Shown: positions 1-15,037 of the stretch, one piece after another
Layout of the letters: each line of letters opens with the position of its first letter
How positions within the stretch are numbered: the first letter of the stretch is position 1
DNA from: Gracilinanus agilis
Lineage: Eukaryota
DNA: 64,000 nucleotides
Direction: 5' to 3'
Assembly (NCBI RefSeq): GCF_016433145.1
Contig: NC_058133.1
Coordinates: 250,998,629-251,062,628 of the forward strand
The notes under the pieces: model-generated
Told to the model about the DNA's origin: nothing
Database searches by the model: none
Seen by the model: only the letters and a program-made list of their open reading frames with translations
Made by a program: the position numbers and the translations under genes

Positions 1-72
1 GAAGGGGATAAGAGGAGTATGAATCAGGCAACCATGTTAAAAATGTATATTAATAAATGTAAAAAAAAAAAA
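1..72 (+). mobile_element. 3' end of a LINE-1-like element with AATAAA and poly(A) tail
   Basis: Purine-rich 3'UTR-like sequence, then aataaa (51-56) and an A-run (61-72). Family assignment is by resemblance only. Confidence 0.5.
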
Positions 73-3000
73 GAATTTGAGACAGGGCAGGATGGTTAAG
101 AGCTTTATTTTATACTAATTCTCATCACCCTACAGTCAGCCAATAAACACTTATTAAGCATCTCTTATGTGTCAGGCACTGTGCTAAGTGCTGAGGATTC
201 ATGGAAATGAAAAAGCTGTGTACAAACAAGAAAGATACAGAATCAGCTGGAATTAATCACGCCAGCTAAATGCTCCTATTTACCATTTGGTCTACACATC
301 CTGACATTAATGCTATTACATTTTGGTTCATTCAGTTCCCTCTGCCTTGAAATTCCCTCATTCACTTCTTCCAGTTTTTGAATTCTTTTTTTCAAGTTCA
401 ATTCAAAGGTCACCTCTTCCATGAAGTCTTCCCTGAACTTCCCCAGGGAAAAATAGCTTTTTCTCCTCCCTTGGACCTTAGATAGCATTTATAACTTCTT
501 TTATGTATTTGTATTTATTTTTGTATTTTAGTTTCCCTATATCAAGGATTCTTAACCTGGAATCCATGAGTAGGCATCCTGAGTCCCGAAATCTTGGAAT
601 AGTAATGCTTTTAAACCCTGGGCCCTGAGACACCATCTTGGGAAACCACTTCTGTGGTTTGAAGCTCCTGAAGACCTAGAAAAGAAAGTTTTTCTACCAA
701 AGTCCTTGGCACTATCAAATGTTTCAACATCAGAAACTGATGTTTTAATTAGTGGAAATAATATTAAAGAAGAGCCATTAACAGACATTTTTTCCACTTT
801 ACCCTAAGGCCCACGGGACTTTTCCATATGACTTACCCCTAAACTGTGTTATTTCCTCTGTTAGAAATGTGACCTCCTTGAAAGCAGGGACTGCCTTACT
901 TTTTTGTTTGTGTCCCTGGCCTTGCTCTGCCCCTCTCTTTGTACAGATAGTGTGTAATAAATGCTTTATCCTTTATTATTCTGAGGACTCTTTAGACTTC
1001 AGGAGACTAACAAAAAAGGGGCCCAAGACACAAAGAAAGTTAAGATCCTCTGCCTTGTATGTATTCTTATATTAGGTTACACACTCCATGAAGGCAAGGG
1101 CCTTTCCTTAACTAACCTTTGCACCTACTCTTGTGCCTAACACAGCATTCTGCAGCAGAATCACAGAGTTAGAAGGGAACTATGAGGTCAACCCATACCT
1201 GGAAAAGAATTCTTAGACTTCTGGAAAGGGGAAACTCATAACCTCCTAAGGCTGTTCTTTCTGTTCTTTCGCCTTTGGGATATCTTTAATTATTAGAAGT
1301 CAAGCTTCTCTACAATTCCCAGCTATTATTCCTAGTTCTGACTTTTTAGGCCAAACAAAATAACTCTATCCCTTCTTTTAAGTGATGGCAAATAGATTAG
1401 CTGAATTTAGTGTCTGAACAACTATCTTCTCTTCTTCAAGTTAATCATTCTTATGTAGCATGAACTCAAGGTCTTTCACCACCCTGGTTGTTCTCCAGAT
1501 GTTTTCCACGTGATCAAATCCCTTCCTAAAGTGGTGCCCAGAACTGAACATAGTATTCCAGATGTTGTCTGACCAGATAGAATTCAACAGGTTATCATCT
1601 CCCTGCTCCTGCACACTGTGTCTCTCTAAGAATTTCCTCATATGTTTTCACACTGTCCTCATATTAGATCTTCAATTGACACAGCAGGCTCTTAATAAAT
1701 CAAATGACTGAGATGAATTGAGAATGCTATTTAAAGAGAGGATCTGTGTAATATACTCCCCTACCCCCACTCCTCTCCCATATATCCTGAAGTGACAAAG
1801 CTGAGAAGGGATACCTGGGTAATGGGAGAAGAACAAGAATTTAGGGGATGGGAAATAATGGAAAGACCCAGAAGTCAGGATGTTTAATACTATTTCAGGA
1901 AGGAGGTACTGCTACCCCTTGACAGAGGTAGTTCTCTGGCTTCCTCCTCTACCCCTCAATTCATATAGGAAGTTACCTCATATGGAACAGGATGCAGGTG
2001 GCTCCGGCTTTATCACAAGAAGTGAACCGGAAGGTGGGGAGAGTGGAATTGGAAAGGGCTACTGCTGTTGGTGTCTGGAGGATGTAATCCAAAATTCACT
2101 TAAGCACAGGCTATCCCATCCCACATCTAGCCAAGAAACTAACAGACACCAAATGACATCGATGTTTTTTTTATTTTGAAGCTCAAACAATATGCCATCT
2201 TAGATCTCCACCCATTCCCCCCCCCTCCATTCACTTTCTGCTCTTCATTCTTTCTCTAAATACCACCTCAGGTCTCTAATCTCTCACCTCTATCTTCACT
2301 TGAGCATAGGTGAAGTAGGGCCACTGAACCTAAGCTCTAACCCCCCACCACATTTAGTTGCCCAACTACAATGAGTGTACTTCTCCCACACCAGCACAAA
2401 TAGCCTCTTGGGGTATGTGACTCCATCTTCACCATCCTACAGCTTTGACTCAAGATGTGTAACTGTAATAAGCCTTCTTCACCCTGAAAGGAATATTTTA
2501 TTTCCAACCCTTTGTTCAACTGGAAGCCAGAATCCAGGTCTCACTTTGCCCCAGACTGTGAAGCTAACTTGGAAATATCTTTTCCAATTTTGGACCGAGA
2601 TACACAGAAGTCTACATTTCTCTCCAATAGTCACAGACTATCCTTAACAGACTGTTCTTAAGGTAGCCCTTAACCTCAACTAAGCAATTATAACCAACCC
2701 CTTAAATGCTCAGTCATAACAAAAATTTTCAATTCCATCAAGTCTAGAGTCTCTCTTCACAGCTTCTCTTCATAGCCTCAGGTTCTGATGCCTTTTCTGG
2801 TTCACGACAAAAAAAAAGGGGGGGGGTAATCCTAGAAGTTTCTTAGTTTAAAAGAAAAACAAATAAACAACAAAGTATTAGACAGACTCAAAGACTTCTT
2901 GAGCAAAAGGAAAGTTTTCTAGGTACAGTAGGAAACCAATGAGGCAACATCCAGAGTCAAGGAAATGGTTTTCTCTGAAAGAGAAAATGCTAAAGGAAAA

Positions 3001-4068
3001 GGGTCACAGACCCAGGCAGACTCTCTAGTACATCAGCTTAGCCATTCCCGAGTCCTTGTCATTCCAGACAACAATATCAAGAACTGGAAAATGTCACAGT
3101 TGGAGTTCCAGCAGCCCAGCAGGCTGAACTCTAGGATAGCTAGGAATTCTAGATTCCCCTCTAGAGCCAACATGGAGGTTTCCCAGTTTTTGTACAACTA
3201 AGAGCTAATTTTTAAAATGTCATGTTAGGTCCCAGACCCAACTCTACAGTAATAAGAGAAAATTCAAGACTTTTATCATTTTATATCCAGAATCACCATG
3301 AAGGATTCAGTCCCCCTCTTCTAGGTGACAAAGTATGGATCAATGAGGTTTCTGGAGGTTACCAGCCCCCGTTTTGGAATAATGCAGTGCTCCCTAAACC
3401 TTCTATAAAGTCATAGTGAAGGTTTTATTTTTCCTATATCTAGATTACCCAAGGGGTCAGACTGTTCTAGAAGAACAGAGGAGCCTTGATCCGAGACCCA
3501 TTCCTTTCCAGAATGGCTTGGCTTGGCTTCATTACTCCCCAGAGTTCTTAAACTGCTCTAGAATAGAGGTTCCTATCTCTTGTATAATAGTTTTCCAAAA
3601 AAAAGTTTAAGTATAATAACTATAATATGAATTATATGAAATATTCAAGCTTAAGTATGGAGGGGACCCCAGGCTTGTCTCTGCCAGCAGAGCTGTGACC
3701 TCACGTTACTATGGATAACTTCTGGCCACATAATTCATTCATGGGGAAGGGTAGGAATGAAAATAGGGAATACAGTTCAGAGTGAGAGAAAACCATCAAT
3801 CCCACCCAGTAACTCCAATAAATTATATCTACAGGGGAACTGTAATGAGATGCTAGGAGTTTTCTGTTCCACCCCCCCTCCCCCATTCAATCTAACAAGT
3901 GTTAGGGAACTAGGCAAAAAAAAAATCTGAAAGGGAAGAGATTTTGACCAGCAAAACGGAAACAGATCTAATAGATCTGCTACCCCTGCTCTCCCCGTTG
4001 AAAAACCAGATTAAGATCAGGTCTGGAACCAGGAAACAAGAAGGAAGCTGTGTCACTCATTCTGGCCT

Positions 4069-8445
<4,377 letters not shown>

Positions 8446-9164
8446 GGTGAAGGTAGCCTTCGAGTGAATGAAAAGCGAGGCTCAAAGACTTAGGATATTC
8501 GTCCGTTCTTCTGGATACTAAACAGTCAAACTCCTGGTTTGGGGACTTGTCTTCCCCCTTGGACGTTCTCCCTCCCCTTTCCAACCTCTTCTCAAGATTT
8601 AAAATTCCTGAACGCCTGCTTCTGAGTCTCCATTCCCTGTGGACTTCATATCGATCAATTGCTGGAAGTCAAGGGTCCTTCTCAGCCTCCCCCGACCTCC
8701 TCCCCTCATCTGCCAAAGTACAGCTCTTCCCAGTCCTGGTGCACCTTCCACCAGAACTCCAACCCTCCATCCCATACAAGGGAGGAGAATTCAAAATCCT
8801 GGCTTTTGAAAGACTCTAGGCTCAACTAATTATTTGTGACACTTACAGAAGGTGGTGAAGTGGTGTCAGTTAAGGACATTCCAAAAGCCTAGACTTGGGA
8901 CTCATTCTACGCATCCTGTTCCTCCCTTCTCCTCTCCTCCCACCCTAATATATTTCCCTGGATATAGGCATCCCGCTCTTTGCCCTCTTCAAGTCCATTC
9001 AAAGACCGAGGTCTCTTAAGTCCGAAGCCCGAGTTCTTTTTCCCTGTTCCCGAGTTCTGCCAGGCTCACTCCCTCTTACTCTTAATACCCGGGGGTCCCT
9101 GTTTTTCTAGCCTAGTTTGTCCCCACTCTTCTGAAGGTCCCTGGAGCGCGGGTCCCCTCTGATT

Positions 9165-9345
9165 CTCACCCCTGTCCGGCAGGGGCTGCGATTTCTCCTT
9201 TTGCTGGGAGGGGGCGGGGTGACTTTCTCAGTCTTGGCTCCTTTATCCTGGCGGGATGTTGAGGGCGGGAGAAATAGAGGGAGGAGTGCTTGGGTCAGTA
9301 TCCTTCCTGCCTCCCTAGATGGCGGAGACTGGGGGCGGGGCTTTG
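9165..9345 (-). promoter_or_regulatory. Probable BCL6B non-coding exon 1 and GC-box promoter
   Basis: Minus-strand donor G|GTGAG at 9169. The matching acceptor lies 12 nt upstream of the ATG (exon begins 8457). GGGGCGGGG boxes at ~9211 and ~9332 in locally CpG-rich sequence. TSS is inferred. Confidence 0.55.
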
Positions 9346-10449
9346 GAAACGGGGGTGGTGACCTGGGAAAAGAGGGATCCTGCTGGGCCCGTGAGGAGTA
9401 ATGTTAAAGGTTAATAAAAATAATAAAAAAAAAGATTTAGGGTTAGAGTAGTCTAAGAACAGCGAATATGTGGCTAGAGTTATCACAGTGCCTCTATGAG
9501 AGACAAGTATCGATTAGGTTGCAAAGAGAATTAGAGGGCTGGCCTTTGGGGGCCCATTAGGAGCTTGGGCAGGCTCTTTAGTGGGAGGAAAGTGGGGTAA
9601 AGTTGGTTAAAAGCCCTGGCAGGAAGGAAAGCAAGGAGTAGGAAATTTTGCCTGGAGTCAAGCATCACATCCTGGGAGGTGGATTAATGGTTGTTGAGAA
9701 CAGGAGGATAATGAAATTGGTAATACCAGGCCAAGGGTGGTTAGCAAGAAGGTTGGCTCCAATCCTAATCCTTGTGTGGCAGTCATGTAGCTACAGAAAG
9801 TGTTCACGACCAGGCCCCCGAGGGAACCAGGGAGAGAGGGTGAAGGGAGGGGCGGATGTGATTTCTAGTCAATTTCCTGCCATTGTCCTGGTACAGGACG
9901 GACAGTCCAGCTGCTTCCCCTAGAGGGGGCGGGGAAACCCCCCCCCCATGCGGGGGCGGAAGTCTGGAAAGAAACGGAGGGAACACTGGCATCTCCCCTC
10001 CTCGAAGCTCTAGACTTTTCCCCTATGGCTCCATTTAAGGATGATAATAATTTATATTTTTATAACAATTTAATTGCGAAGCTCTTTATTTACATTAAAT
10101 TATTTGTTACTAACAACTGAGTTAAGCTATTACCTATTATTAGCTGATAACTAATAATATATAAATAGTTATTATTCTCAATTTTACAAGTTAGGCAACT
10201 GAGGCTCAGGAAGCCCATGGTCACACAGCTAGTGTTAGAGTTAGGATTTGAACCGAGGTCATTCCTGACTTCAAATCCAGTACTAGACCGACGCCTGTTT
10301 AAATTAGGGCTTCCCCATGTCCCGTCCCCCCGCGCTCACCCCCCTACCCCCCTTCTCCGGGACGCAAGATCCTAGCCTGTCCAGATTAAGGTAAGGGGTT
10401 TGTCTTTGGCTCGATGAGGAGTCTCTGCCCCGTTAGTGTATGGTTTTGT

Positions 10450-10497
10450 CCACAAGGTGGCAGCATTGCGCCGTCCCAGCCACGTCCAGGGGGCGCT
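10450..10497 (+). promoter_or_regulatory. Pair of candidate CTCF motifs
   Basis: CCACAAGGTGGCAGCA (10450-10465) and CGTCCAGGGGGCGCT (10483-10497) both resemble the CCASYAGRKGGCRS core. Confidence 0.5.
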
Positions 10498-13400
10498 TGG
10501 ACCTTAAAAAGAATGAATCTGAGTTGGGGAAGATTAAACCTGGAAGGGAATATAACCAGACTTCTCTTCCTCACTCCCCAGCCGCATCCCATCCTCCCAC
10601 CACCTCACTCCTCCATTTCCTCGGGTATTTGGGGTATTGTAAGCTAACCCTGGGGACTGAAGGGGAAGGGGGAGGAAACGTGTCTGTATTGATTATCCCC
10701 AATTTATCCTGTCTATATCTTGTTTGTACGTAGCTGCTGGCATGTTGTCTCCTCCGTAAAGTTGCCAGCTTCTCAAGATGAAGTACTATCTTCTACCATC
10801 TTTATATCCCACCGCTGTAAACATTCGGTAGCTTGGGTTTCTTCCCTGACTTGGGAAGCTTGGGGCTGTCAGGCTAGACAAGATGATCTCGAGCTCCAGA
10901 AAAGATCTCTGGGTTTCTGGATCTGTGCAGGATTCTCTTAGTAATTAGTACTGCTAATTATCTACAGCTGAATCCCTTAGAGATTTTTTAAGCAAGCGTC
11001 ATTAATTTATAATTTATGACCTGGTTTGAAACTGGAGACTGGAAAGTTGGAAAGGCACAGTAAAGGATCCCAGAATGGGTCAGGGGATCAAGGAGATAGA
11101 AAAGGACCCAGGAAGGGGGTGTAGGTGAAGGGGTGGATGGGGGAGTCTTTGAGGTCTTCCCTCTGCTCTTGGTGGGGAAGAGGACTGTCCTCTGGTTCTG
11201 TGGAAAAACAAAACAGGGTCTCTGGGTTCATTTGGAAATTAATTATGACTGATTGGGAGCAGAAACAGTTTTTGAGTAGTCCCATGGGTTTGGGAGAGAT
11301 CTAGAACTTGCCAGAGAGGAATATAAGACCAGACTGGAGGCCAGAGAGAAATACAAGACCAGACTGGAGACTTATTCTCTCTGATTTAGGGAAAGGAGGC
11401 ATGTTTGGAAGTTGTTAAAAAGTATTTTAGGATGTTGGTGGGTTTCAGGAACAGGAATTTAAGGATGGGGAATTGGGAATGTGCTGCGAATTCAAGAGGA
11501 GGTAGGTGGTTTGGATGTGAAGCAGTTAACTGGGTTCATATTTACATGATTTAAGAATGAAAGGGTTTGGGGAAGTGTCAGAATCCAGCAACTATTCTGG
11601 CCATAACTGATCAGATTTAAGGTTTTATTTCTGGAGTACTTTGGGGGCTGGGGAGTTCTAGGGGCTGACAATGTGAGTTTGAGAGTTTTTGACATTGTGG
11701 GGGTGCTGATTTGGGGCAGTCTTCAGTTATGTGTCTGAGGGGCTCAAATTGTTGCTAAATCTTATTAGTAAAGTCATTGTAGCTGTGGGGTTCAGAAGCC
11801 AAAGAAGAATTCTAGGACAATATAATGTGGGTGGAGAATTTGAAAATCAAGGTCCGAACAAAAGCCTCTCACCCCCATCCTATACCCCATACCAGGTTGG
11901 TAATCCGTTGGGATTACCAGACGCACACAGGAAATTAGAGAGGGTTAGATTGACCGATTGGTTCCTAAAGAGAACAAGAGCTGGTGGGGGATTAAGGGAT
12001 CCAAGCGTTTATTTCTGTCTCACTTCCAGCCCCTCCTTCCTTCGTACCCCACCCCCCAAAAAAACCCTATACCAAAAACAAAAAAAAAACAAAAAACCAC
12101 AACAACAACAAAAAAAAAGCTGGCTGTACAACTGCAATGGCAGATTCCAGTCCTCCAAGCTTCTTTAAACCACCACAGGGACCCAGCCAGAGGGGGAGGG
12201 GAAGGGGAACCGGGCTTCCTAGCTTCCCAGGGGGTAGGGGGAATGGATGGGCCCTATGTTCCCCAGGTCCTTAGGAAGGACCCTTGGCCAGGGATCCAGG
12301 TGTCGGGCATCTCAGCTGTGGAGGGGGGAGTGGGGCGGGCTGGGGCACCCGGGAGGAGGAGGGAGAGAGTGACTTCCAAAATTGGCATCAGGACAGAGCA
12401 GGGCGGGCGGGAGGCAAGCAAAAGGAAGAATTTTCCTGGAGAAACGGGGGGACCTGAGTGGCCCAGATTTGGAGAGCTGGTCAAGGGTGGTCTCCCCTCA
12501 ACCCTCAATTTTTTTTGGATTTTTTGGGGAGCCCTGAACCCCTATAGGGTGGGTGAGGAATGTAGTGTTGGTGTAATCTGACTTGGGCATTTCTGTTGCC
12601 TCTCCCACCCAAGTTGGAGACGGATGGATTGAGGGGGGGGAAGGTGTCCCCAATTCTAACTTGGAGTGGGGAAACCCCACTCCTAAGTCCTTTTTGTGGG
12701 GGGTCTCTTCCATCTTAAGGCACTCCTTATTCTTTAAGTCAGCCAGAGAAAGAGAAGGCCGAAGATACGACTTGGGGTGTCTCCTCTCTCTCCTGGGCCC
12801 CTAACTTGGGGAATATGCCTCCAAATCGGCTCCCTTCAGAAATGAGGGGGGGACCAGGAGCCAGGGGGGAGTAGCTGAGGTAAGTGGAGAGGGGGCAGGG
12901 AGGCATCTCTTGTTTGGGGGGGGGAATGTGGGAAGATGGGGGGAATGGGTGGAGCTGGGGTATGGACTTTGAAGATAGACAGGTTGGGGTTACTTCTTGA
13001 ACCCCCAAATTTATAGCACACATCCTCTCGAGGCTGAAAGTGGAGACCAAAGGATTCTTACACTTCCCCCCACTCTCTTCCATTGGCCTCCATATCTAAT
13101 TTTTAAAGTAATTCTCCTGATGGTTAAAATTAGGATTTTTTAGGGGTTCTTAAAGTTTGAGGGGAAATGTAGGTGAAAACATGAGCTCTGGAGTTTTGAG
13201 GGTGGAGAGGTTTAGGAGAGTGTGCCTGAATTCCTCCAAAACCTGAAAAACTGTTTACACCATCTTTGTTCTTTTTGGTTTCTGGGATGTTTTTTAGAAA
13301 ATTGAGGATTTTTTTTTAAGATTTGGAAGATATTTTTATTTTTCTGAAGGATGATTTTTGCTCATGACTTTGGGCTTACATATGTAACAGATTCATATAT

Positions 13401-14244
13401 AGATTAAAAAAATTTTGCATCCCCATTACATCTAATGTCCTAGACAAGATGGGAGGATGTGGGAGAGGACAGAGTACGTGTCAGGAGGAAGGGCCTAGAG
13501 GTTGGGGAGGAGCATGGGTGAGGAAAAGGGGAAATGTTTCTATGTTCAACGTGGCTTCCCCCTGGAGATTTGGGCCTGGTTGATGGATCTGATATAGGGA
13601 TATGTGGAAAAGGAAACATATATCCCAGATACGACCCGTAGTAGAGCTGAGGAGAAGGTAGAGGTATGTGGGGATGCCAGAAGTAATTTCTCTCTAGATT
13701 TTTGCCTACTCACACCCCCACCCCTCCAAACTCCTGCTCTTATCCCCTTCTTCCTAGACATTTTGGGTCAGGCCAAGGTCCCAAAGAGTCATCTGGCCTC
13801 TACCTTCAGCTCCATCCATATCTAGAATCAGCTTTCACTATTTGTCAGCCTTTCTCTGGCTGTATTTGTATGTCTATTTTGGGAGGATGTGCTTGTGTGT
13901 ATATGCATTTAGGGCTGGGGCTGGACAACCTGAGGTTTTCGGCAGTTATCCTTCTCCCATTCCATATGACTTGTACCCCCAATCCCATCTAAGAAAGTCC
14001 TTTTGGACTGGGTTGTCTAGGAAGGGAGAATGCCTCTATCTAGTCTGCTTTGTCAGAGCCTGAGAATTGTTTATCTGTATCCCTGTCTCCCTTCCTCCAT
14101 CTCATTGCCACCTCATCCCCTGAGCTCTCTCCAACATGCCAGGACCCAGTTTTGCCAGTGATCAGTCTTATATTATTAGTTTTCCCCTGCATCTACCTGT
14201 CTCTCTCTACTATCCTTTGTTTCTCCACAGGGCCCTACCCAAAT

Positions 14245-14342
14245 CCCATCCTGCCTCCGCCCCAGCAGCACACTGTGGTTTGTTCAGTGTTGTGGCCAAG
14301 TCCAAACCACACTGTGGTGTTAGAGCGAGGGTAAGGGAGGCA
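14245..14342 (+). ncRNA. MIR497: pre-miR-497 hairpin (miR-15/16 family)
   Basis: Mature 5p CAGCAGCACACTGTGGTTTGT at 14263-14283; 3p CAAACCACACTGTGGTGTTAGA at 14303-14324. The arms are complementary and match recalled mammalian miR-497. Confidence 0.97.
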
Positions 14343-14630
14343 CCACCATCGTCACAGCCTGGACTCTGGAGCAGAATATCTTGGACACCCTGGAGACCCT
14401 GGGGGAAGTATGATAAATAGAATGGAGAGATCCCATAAAAACATAGGGGTTCCTCACCAGGACAGATCCTAGGGATCATGTTTAGGGAGACTTTGAACAT
14501 ACAGAGCACCCCCACATGGTGGTGTGGATGACTATGGGAGTCATCCACAGCACTCAGAGAAAGTTCTACTCAACTAATGAAGTCTGTCTGCAACTTTGTT
14601 CTCCCCTCTACCCCCCACCATCACCATCCT

Positions 14631-14718
14631 GAGCTTCTCTGGCTTTAGCAGCACAGAAATATTGGCACCTGAGGGAAAGCCATGCCAGTATTGAGAGTGC
14701 TGCTCCAGACAGGGTGGC
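14631..14718 (+). ncRNA. MIR195: pre-miR-195 hairpin
   Basis: Mature 5p TAGCAGCACAGAAATATTGGC at 14646-14666; 3p arm CCAGTATTGAGAGTGCTGCTCC at 14685-14706. Located ~0.3 kb downstream of miR-497, as in eutherians. Confidence 0.97.
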
Positions 14719-14817
14719 AAGAGCAGCTGTGGGGAGAAGACCTCTGAATGCTGGAGGGATACCCCCTTGTTCTCTGATGAGATAAAGAGACAATGCCACT
14801 GAATTAAGAGTGAAATC

Positions 14818-14823
14818 TTTATT
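14818..14823 (-). terminator. C17orf49 poly(A) signal AATAAA
   Basis: tttatt on the plus strand, 215 nt past the stop codon. Confidence 0.75.
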
Positions 14824-15037
14824 TGATTCTGTAAAAAAATGTCCATCATGGGCAGTGGGCATGTGTTCACAAAGGGTCTGTAGGGCAGATAACTTATTTT
14901 CCTCCAGAATTCTTTTTTCCAAGTTTCCATTCAGTCTACAGGTCCAAGATAAAAGGGTCAAAGGAGTCAGAAATAGGAAGGTCACCAGGAAAGCAAAGGA
15001 GGTTCAGCAGAGGTCACGAGAAGTCCAGAGTGTAGTG

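Larger units (their letters stand above)
12180..14800 (+). ncRNA. MIR497HG: Probable pri-miRNA host transcript (MIR497HG equivalent)
   Basis: G-rich, GC-box region at ~12.2-12.45 kb and a consensus donor GAG|GTAAGT at 12880. Strong acceptor at 14230. Both hairpins are in sense orientation. Boundaries are inferred. Confidence 0.5.

Noticed and set aside
3110-3115. miR-15/16/195/497 seed match in the BCL6B 3'UTR, suggesting a local feedback loop
   Set aside because: It is only a 6-mer (GCTGCT) without the position-8 match or A1 anchor, which is expected by chance.
1-4000. Possible exons of the next syntenic gene (SLC16A13)
   Set aside because: No MFS-transporter-like peptide was seen in any frame. 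The region looks like BCL6B 3'UTR plus old L2/MIR/L1 fragments.
11958-12581. 207-aa plus-strand ORF at the putative miRNA host promoter
   Set aside because: It starts at TTG, runs through A/CAA low-complexity and G-rich tracts, and has no recognisable motif.
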